The translations under genes were made by a program, and so were the position numbers. 64,000 bases of DNA, taken from the NCBI GenBank assembly GCA_963716725.1, contig CAVQUB010000005.1:512001-576000 (forward strand), given 5' to 3'. Origin of the DNA: an uncultured delta proteobacterium (lineage in GTDB: Bacteria; Myxococcota_A; Polyangia; Polyangiales; Polyangiaceae). Below the pieces are notes generated by a model, which did no database searches, was not told the DNA's origin, and worked only from the letters and a program-made list of their open reading frames with translations. Below are positions 58,333 through 64,000 of the stretch, one piece after another; position 1 is the stretch's first letter; every line of letters begins with the position of its first letter.

Positions 58333-59089
58333 GCAGCTGTCGCCCTACGCGCCGACCTTCGTCTCCGTGACCTATGGCGCGGGTGGCAGCACGCGGCGGC
58401 TGACGGTGGAGCTCACCCTGCGCATCGAGCGCGAGACCGGCATCGAGTGCATGGCTCACCTGACCTGCGTGGGCGCCACCCAGGCCGATCTGCACGGCGT
58501 GCTCGGGCAGCTCCGGGACGGCGGCGTGCAGAACGTGCTGGCTCTGCGCGGCGATCCGCCCCAAGGCGAGACCGGCTTCGTGGTCACCGACGGTGGCTTC
58601 TCCCACGCCTCCGAGCTGATCGAGTTCATCCGGAGCCAGTACGATTTCTGCCTCGCCGGGGCGTGTTACCCCGAGAAGCACCCCGAGGCCTCGAGTGCCG
58701 AGGCCGACCTCGCGAACCTGAAGAAGAAAGTCGATGCCGGCGCCGAGTTCTTGGTGAGCCAGCTCTTCTTCGACGCCAAGGACTACTTCGACTTCGTCGG
58801 GCGGGCCCGCGCCATCGGCATCCAGGTGCCCATCTTTGCGGGCATCATGCCCGTCACCAACGTCAATCAGGTCAAGCGCTTCACGGCCATGTGCGGCGCG
58901 CACATGCCCGGCGATCTGATGGCTCGCCTCGAAGCGGTCCACGGCGACGCACGGGAAGTCCGCCGCGTGGGGGTCGACCACGCCATCGGTCAGTGCCGCG
59001 CGCTGCTCGACGGCGGCGCCCCCGGGATCCATTTCTATACGCTGAACCGATCGACGGCGACGGTGGAGATCCTGGAAGCCCTGCGCTGA
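58229..59089 (+). CDS. metF: 5,10-methylenetetrahydrofolate reductase
   Basis: FSFEFFPPK, FVSVTYGAGGS, AHLTC, LALRGDPP, YPEKHPE, SQLFFD and IHFYTLN. Confidence 0.96.
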   Translation: MKIIEKLAAKKPSFSFEFFPPKDEEGKQRLFETVAQLSPYAPTFVSVTYGAGGSTRRLTVELTLRIERETGIECMAHLTCVGATQADLHGVLGQLRDGGVQNVLALRGDPPQGETGFVVTDGGFSHASELIEFIRSQYDFCLAGACYPEKHPEASSAEADLANLKKKVDAGAEFLVSQLFFDAKDYFDFVGRARAIGIQVPIFAGIMPVTNVNQVKRFTAMCGAHMPGDLMARLEAVHGDAREVRRVGVDHAIGQCRALLDGGAPGIHFYTLNRSTATVEILEALR

Positions 59090-59107
59090 AGTTGGCGGGA
59101 CGCTGCG

Positions 59108-59134
59108 AGCCCGCCCAGCCCGCCCAGCCCGCCC
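59108..59134. repeat. 9-bp tandem repeat AGCCCGCCC x3 downstream of metF
   Basis: Read directly. Confidence 0.8.
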
Positions 59135-59197
59135 AATTCGCCGGTGCCGACAGGCGGCCAGGAGCCTCGCGATCACGGCGCTGGTGATCGCTGGAGA

Positions 59198-59217
59198 AGT
59201 GTCGCCTGGAGCCGACA
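59198..59217. promoter_or_regulatory. Palindromic candidate enhancer (UAS), TGTCG-N8-CGACA
   Basis: AGTGTCGCCTGGAGCCGACA, 18/20 identical to the reverse complement of 21006-21025. Confidence 0.6.
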
Positions 59218-59290
59218 GCGCAGCTGCTTTCGTCGGCTCTTGCCTACAGGCGTGGACGAGGAGAGGCGCGAGAACCTCGCGAACCTGCTG

Positions 59291-59306
59291 CGGCACGCCT
59301 GTTGCT
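59291..59306 (+). promoter_or_regulatory. Sigma54 -24/-12 promoter of the OmpA/adhesin operon
   Basis: CGGCACG-CCTG-TTGCT with GG-N10-GC spacing, 50 nt before the ATG. Confidence 0.8.
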
Positions 59307-59356
59307 GAGCCTGCTCGAAGCGGGCGAGGTGGGCCCCACGACCACGGTACATCCCC

Positions 59357-61090
59357 ATGCGACGAACTCTCCTCACTGCTCTGTCTTCGCTTTGCTTCCT
59401 TTCCGCCGCCACGGCGTCGGCGCAGTCGAGCGGTTTCTCCCTCGATCGCTACGAACCTTCGGAGCGTGGCAGCGACTGGTTCGCAAACGAATCGCTGGAT
59501 CTGCGCGGACACCTGCGCCCGGCCTTCGGTGTCGTGGGCGACTACGCGTACAAGCCACTGGTCCTCTACGATGCCAGCGGCGACGAGCAAGCGGCCATCG
59601 TCGAGCATCAGCTGTTCGTGCACATCGGCGGCGCCCTCGTGCTCTTCGACCGCCTGCGCCTCGGGGCCAACTTGCCGCTACTCGCCTTCAGCAAGGGCGA
59701 GTCGCTGAAGGTCGCGAATTCGTCGTTCGAGACCAAGGACGGCACCACTATCGGTGACCCGCGCCTGAGCGCCGATCTGCGCCTGCTCGGCGACTATCGA
59801 GGCCCCTTCTCGCTGGCGCTCGGCATTCAGGGGTTCATTCCGGTGGGCAGCCAAGACTCCTTCGCGGGCGACGGCAAGCTGCGCCTGCGGCCGCGTCTGA
59901 TGGCGGCGGGTGACATTGGTGCCCTGGCCTACGCCGGACAGCTCGCTTTCAACTACCGCGCACGTGGCGAGGACATCGGTGGTGACCCCTTCGGCAGCGA
60001 GGTCACGTTCAGCGCCGCCGTCGGCGTTCGCGCGCTGGACGACAAACTGATCGTCGGCCCCGAGGTGTTTGGCTCCACGGTGGTCAGCGACTCCGGCGAC
60101 GGCGCGTTGAAGAAGCGCACGACGCCGCTCGAGGTCATCCTCGGCGCCAAGTACCGCGTGACGCCCGAGTGGCGCGTCGGTGCCGGTGTCGGTCCGGGCC
60201 TGACCCGCGGCGTGGGAGCTCCCGCTGTGCGCGGTCTGCTCAGCATCGAGTGGTTTCCCGAGGCCCAGAAGCTCGCGGCCAAGCCCGGCGACCGCGACGG
60301 TGACGGCGTGCTCGACCGCGATGACGCTTGCCCCGATCAGGCGGGCATCCGTACCGACGATCCTCGCACCAACGGCTGTCCGGCGCCGCCCTCGGACCGC
60401 GATGCGGACGGCATCTTGGACGAGCAGGACGCCTGCCCCGACCTGCCCGGCGTGGCCAGCGCCGAACCCGCCAAGAACGGTTGTCCGGCGCCGAAGGACA
60501 GCGACGGCGACGGCATCATCGACGAGCAAGACGCTTGTCCGACGGTACCGGGAGTGGCGAACGCCGATGCTGCGAAGCACGGCTGCCCGCCGCCCAAGGA
60601 CACGGACGGCGACGGCATCCTCGATCCCGAGGACGCCTGCCCGACCGAGGCCGGACCGGCCGACCCGAACCCTGCGAAGCACGGCTGCCCCAAGGCGCAG
60701 ATCTCCGGCGGCCAGATCAAGATCATCGAGCAGGTGCAGTTTGCCACGGCGAGCGCCAGGATCCTGCCCGCCAGCGACTCGGTGCTCCAGGCGGTCCTGA
60801 AGATCATGCAGGACCACCCGGAGATCACCCGGATTGGCGTCGAGGGTCACACCGACAACCGCGGCGCCAAGGGCTACAACAAGAACCTGAGCAAGCAGCG
60901 CGCGGCCAGCGTGGCCAAGTGGCTCGTCGATCACGGCATCGACAAGCAGCGGCTCGAATCTGCCGGCTTTGGCCAAGACAAGCCCATCGACAGCAACGAC
61001 ACCGAAGCCGGACGCCAGAACAACCGCCGCGTCGAGTTCCACCTCAAGGAACAGACGAAATCAGGCTCGACCGAGATCAAGAGCAAGTGA
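59357..61090 (+). CDS. OmpA-family outer-membrane protein: beta-barrel, thrombospondin type 3 repeats, peptidoglycan-binding domain (TraB-like architecture)
   Basis: Signal peptide, four DxDGDGxxDxxDACP...GCP repeats, EGHTDNRG...LSKQRA...NRRVEF. Confidence 0.92.
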   Translation: MRRTLLTALSSLCFLSAATASAQSSGFSLDRYEPSERGSDWFANESLDLRGHLRPAFGVVGDYAYKPLVLYDASGDEQAAIVEHQLFVHIGGALVLFDRLRLGANLPLLAFSKGESLKVANSSFETKDGTTIGDPRLSADLRLLGDYRGPFSLALGIQGFIPVGSQDSFAGDGKLRLRPRLMAAGDIGALAYAGQLAFNYRARGEDIGGDPFGSEVTFSAAVGVRALDDKLIVGPEVFGSTVVSDSGDGALKKRTTPLEVILGAKYRVTPEWRVGAGVGPGLTRGVGAPAVRGLLSIEWFPEAQKLAAKPGDRDGDGVLDRDDACPDQAGIRTDDPRTNGCPAPPSDRDADGILDEQDACPDLPGVASAEPAKNGCPAPKDSDGDGIIDEQDACPTVPGVANADAAKHGCPPPKDTDGDGILDPEDACPTEAGPADPNPAKHGCPKAQISGGQIKIIEQVQFATASARILPASDSVLQAVLKIMQDHPEITRIGVEGHTDNRGAKGYNKNLSKQRAASVAKWLVDHGIDKQRLESAGFGQDKPIDSNDTEAGRQNNRRVEFHLKEQTKSGSTEIKSK

Positions 61091-61103
61091 CGGAGATTGA
61101 ATC

Positions 61104-64000
61104 ATGAGACAGCTTTCGATTCTCAGCGGGTTGGTGGGTCTGGGCATTCTGGCTGCGGCCAGCGCTGCCAACGCGGTGCCAAAGCTGCGGGCGCAGGTCG
61201 ACCAAAAGGGTGATTTCTTGTTGATCGGCAACACGCTCGGTCACGACTGCCGCAGCGGCTTGCCCGCGCCGATCGTGGGCACCGTCGGCAACTGCGGGAG
61301 CAACACCAACGACTCGTCACCGGACGTGTTCTGGCGTGCCGACGACCCGGCCGCCGGTCAGGCCAGCGCCAACCAAGCCGTCACGCTGGCCCAGGCTCGC
61401 TCCACGGCCGTACTCACGGTCCCCGCGGGGGCCACGGTCACCAAGGCCTGGCTCTACTGGGGTGCGCGCCGCACCGGCAGCTCGGCGGACACCAGCGTGA
61501 CCGTTGAGCGTCAGGGCGGTTTCAGCCAGTCGGTGAGCTCGCTGGAGACCTACACCAGCACCGCGGGCGGCGGCGAGGTGTACTACCAGTCGGTCGCGGA
61601 CGTGACGACGCTCGTGCAAGCCAACGGTTCGGGTGGCTACCGCATCGCAGGCGTCGACTCGGTCAATCTGCCTGGCCTAAACCAGAACGTGGCCTTCACC
61701 GGCTGGTACATGGTCGTGTTCTATCAGCTGGCCAGCGAACCGCCTCGGAACCTGGCGCTCTTCGACGGCTTGGATTTGGTGGACGGTGCGACCAGCCAGT
61801 CAGCGACGCTCTCGGGCTTCTTGGTGCCGGCGGCGGGCTTCGACGCCAAGCTCGGCGTGATCACCTACGAAGGCGATCCAGACGTGACGGGGGACTCGCT
61901 GCGCTTTGGCAAGACGCCGCTTGGCAACGCCGACCGGCTCACGGACGCAGTCAATCCCATCGACAACTTCTTCAACAGCTCGCGCTCGCGCCTCGGTGCT
62001 CCGGTCTCGGTGGCGGGCGATCTGCCGCGGCTGACCGGCGGCCAGGGCAGCATGTCGAGCTTCGACCTCGACGTGGTCAACATCACCAATCGGGTGACGG
62101 CGGGCCAGACTGCGGCCGACATCCAGGCGACCAGCACCGGCGACGTCTACCTGCTCGGCGCGTTCATCACCTCGATCTCGACCTTCAAGCCGGATTTCAG
62201 CACTTCTGGCAAGACGGTGACGGATCTGAACGGTGGCTCCGCGCTGCCCGGTGACGTGTTCGAGTACACGATCACGGTCACGAATACCGGCAACGACACC
62301 TCGGTGGGCACGCAGCTGACAGACGTGATCCCGACTGGCGTCACCTACGTTCCGGGCTCGACTCAGATCGTGAGCGGACCCAACGCGGGTGCCAAGACCG
62401 ACACCGCAGGCGACGACCAAGCCCAGTTCACCACCGGAACCAAGACCCTGACCGTTCGCCTTGGAACCGGCGCGAACGCCACCACCGGCGGCAGCGTGGC
62501 GCCGGGTGCGAGCAGCGTCATCAAGTTCCGGGTCACGCTGGACGCCACGGCCAGCGGCAACATCGAGAACCAGGCCAACATCTCGGCCTCCGGTCAGCAA
62601 GGCGCGCCGCAAACGACGACACCGACCGACGGCAACAACGCAACGCCGGGAGCCCAGTCGACGCCCATCGACACCGACGCCACCGACACCGACAAAGACG
62701 GAGTCAGCGACTTCGACGAGACCGTCGCGGGAACCGATCCCAATGACGCAGACAGCGACGACGACGGCGTGATCGATGGCGACGAGCCGGACTGGAACAA
62801 GGATTCGGACGGCGACGGACTGATCAACGCCCTCGATCCCGACAGCGACGACGACGGCCTGTATGACGGTACCGAGTTGGGGCTCGACTGCGCCGCGACC
62901 GGCACCGACCCGTTGAAGGGTCACTGCATCGCGGACGCCGACAAGGGCGCCACCAAGACCGACCCGCTGCTCTGGGATACCGACGGCGGCGGCGCCAGCG
63001 ACGGCAGCGAGGGCGCCAACCTGAACGGCGCGAAGGACTCCGGCGAGGGCGATCCGACCCTCGGCAATGGGGCCGACGACGCCAGCGTCGTCGACACCGA
63101 CAAGGACGGCCTGTCGGACGCGCTGGAGAAGTTCCTTGGCTCTGGCGTCAACGACGCCGACAGCGACGACGACGGCTTGCTCGACGGTGACGAGCACAAC
63201 CCCGCGGACGACACCGATGGCGATGGTCTCCGGAACGTGATCGACGTCGACAGTGACGACGATGGCCTCTACGACGGGACCGAGAACGGAGCAGGCTGCG
63301 ACGATCCGGCCACCGACAAGACCGCCAAGCACTGCGTCGCCGACGGCGACAAGGGCGCCACCGTCACCTCCAGCCTGATGAAGGACACCGATCGCGGCGG
63401 CGTCAGCGACGGCAGCGAGGACATCAACCTCAACGGCGTCATCGATGCCGGCGAGTCCAACCCCACGCTCGGTCACGGCGCCGACGACGGCACAGGCAAC
63501 AAAGACTCCGACAAGGACGGCCTCTCGGACGGCCTGGAAGCGACACTGGGCTCCGATCCCAACGACGCTGACAGTGACGACGACGGCGTGCTCGACGGCG
63601 ACGAGCTGAACCCCGCGGATGACACCGACGGCGATGGCCTGAAGAACATCGTCGATCCGGACAGCGACGGCGACGGCCTGTTCGACGGGACCGAGCTTGG
63701 TAAGGACTGCGGCAACGCTGCGACGAACGCAGCTGCGGGCAAGTGCATTGCCGATGGCGACAGCGGCGCCACCACCACGAGCCCCCTCATCTCCGACACC
63801 GACACGGGCGGTGTGAGGGACGGCGACGAGGACACCAACAAGAACGGCGTCGTCGACGCGGGCGAACGCGACCCGAACGATCCAAGCGATGACAACACCG
63901 GAACTGGCGGCACGGGCGGTCAAGCCGGCGCTGGCGGCGCGGGCGCGACGGCCGGAAGCGGTGGCGGCGCGGGCACGGGCGCGACCGCCGGCAGCGGCGG
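61104..64000 (+). CDS. Large secreted adhesin-like protein (DUF3344-like, DUF11 and bacterial TSP3 repeats), 3'-truncated by window edge
   Basis: Absent from the ORF track because there is no stop in the window. Reads MRQLSILSGLVGLGILAAASAANA, KAWLYWG, PGDVFEYTITVTNTGND, many DSDDDG/DTDKDG repeats, then a Gly-rich linker. Confidence 0.88.
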   Translation, partial: MRQLSILSGLVGLGILAAASAANAVPKLRAQVDQKGDFLLIGNTLGHDCRSGLPAPIVGTVGNCGSNTNDSSPDVFWRADDPAAGQASANQAVTLAQARSTAVLTVPAGATVTKAWLYWGARRTGSSADTSVTVERQGGFSQSVSSLETYTSTAGGGEVYYQSVADVTTLVQANGSGGYRIAGVDSVNLPGLNQNVAFTGWYMVVFYQLASEPPRNLALFDGLDLVDGATSQSATLSGFLVPAAGFDAKLGVITYEGDPDVTGDSLRFGKTPLGNADRLTDAVNPIDNFFNSSRSRLGAPVSVAGDLPRLTGGQGSMSSFDLDVVNITNRVTAGQTAADIQATSTGDVYLLGAFITSISTFKPDFSTSGKTVTDLNGGSALPGDVFEYTITVTNTGNDTSVGTQLTDVIPTGVTYVPGSTQIVSGPNAGAKTDTAGDDQAQFTTGTKTLTVRLGTGANATTGGSVAPGASSVIKFRVTLDATASGNIENQANISASGQQGAPQTTTPTDGNNATPGAQSTPIDTDATDTDKDGVSDFDETVAGTDPNDADSDDDGVIDGDEPDWNKDSDGDGLINALDPDSDDDGLYDGTELGLDCAATGTDPLKGHCIADADKGATKTDPLLWDTDGGGASDGSEGANLNGAKDSGEGDPTLGNGADDASVVDTDKDGLSDALEKFLGSGVNDADSDDDGLLDGDEHNPADDTDGDGLRNVIDVDSDDDGLYDGTENGAGCDDPATDKTAKHCVADGDKGATVTSSLMKDTDRGGVSDGSEDINLNGVIDAGESNPTLGHGADDGTGNKDSDKDGLSDGLEATLGSDPNDADSDDDGVLDGDELNPADDTDGDGLKNIVDPDSDGDGLFDGTELGKDCGNAATNAAAGKCIADGDSGATTTSPLISDTDTGGVRDGDEDTNKNGVVDAGERDPNDPSDDNTGTGGTGGQAGAGGAGATAGSGGGAGTGATAGSG
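62691..63890 (+). repeat. Three tandem ~136-aa Asp-rich modules inside the adhesin
   Basis: DKDGxSD recurs at 62691, 63099 and 63510 (408 and 411 nt spacing). Each module has two Cys. Confidence 0.8.

Noticed and set aside
59169..59302. Three 8-9 bp stems in the metF-ompA gap suggesting a structured RNA
   Set aside because: No known RNA motif was recognised. The region lies upstream of the predicted sigma54 start and is better explained as regulatory DNA.
59357..61090. Naming the OmpA protein traB
   Set aside because: The architecture matches, but no traA lies upstream and myxobacteria have several such paralogs.

Overview
A GC-rich, gene-dense bacterial window that looks like a Polyangiaceae-type myxobacterium. 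The lineage is inferred from Hanks kinases, an FHA-sigma54 activator, a MYXO-CTERM tail and many Cys-rich lipoproteins with Gly/Ser linkers. Main contents: (1) Two envelope signalling cassettes, each with a membrane Ser/Thr kinase, a TPR/PEGA protein and a lipoprotein. The one at 17.5-23 kb also holds an FHA-sigma54 activator and a near-consensus sigma54 promoter. A palindrome upstream of that promoter recurs (18/20, compensatory changes) upstream of a second sigma54 promoter driving an OmpA/TSP3 plus large adhesin operon at 59-64 kb. (2) A glycosylation locus at 25.8-36.3 kb: three GT-C-like enzymes, a flippase-like fusion protein, a GMC oxidoreductase and two SDR epimerases. (3) Reductive pyrimidine catabolism genes (hydA at 6.6 kb, the rest at 38.8-48.5 kb) interleaved with PIN toxin-antitoxin pairs and a Uma2 gene. 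(4) Two integrase-free insertions flanked by long direct duplications of host sequence: 63 bp around a TA pair, and 291 bp containing the mpl/metF divergent promoter around a 3.8-kb island. Two genes each carry four clustered +1 frameshifts, probably sequencing errors. No rRNA, tRNA, CRISPR array, transposase or integrase was recognised. Family names come from motif recognition and were not confirmed by HMM search.
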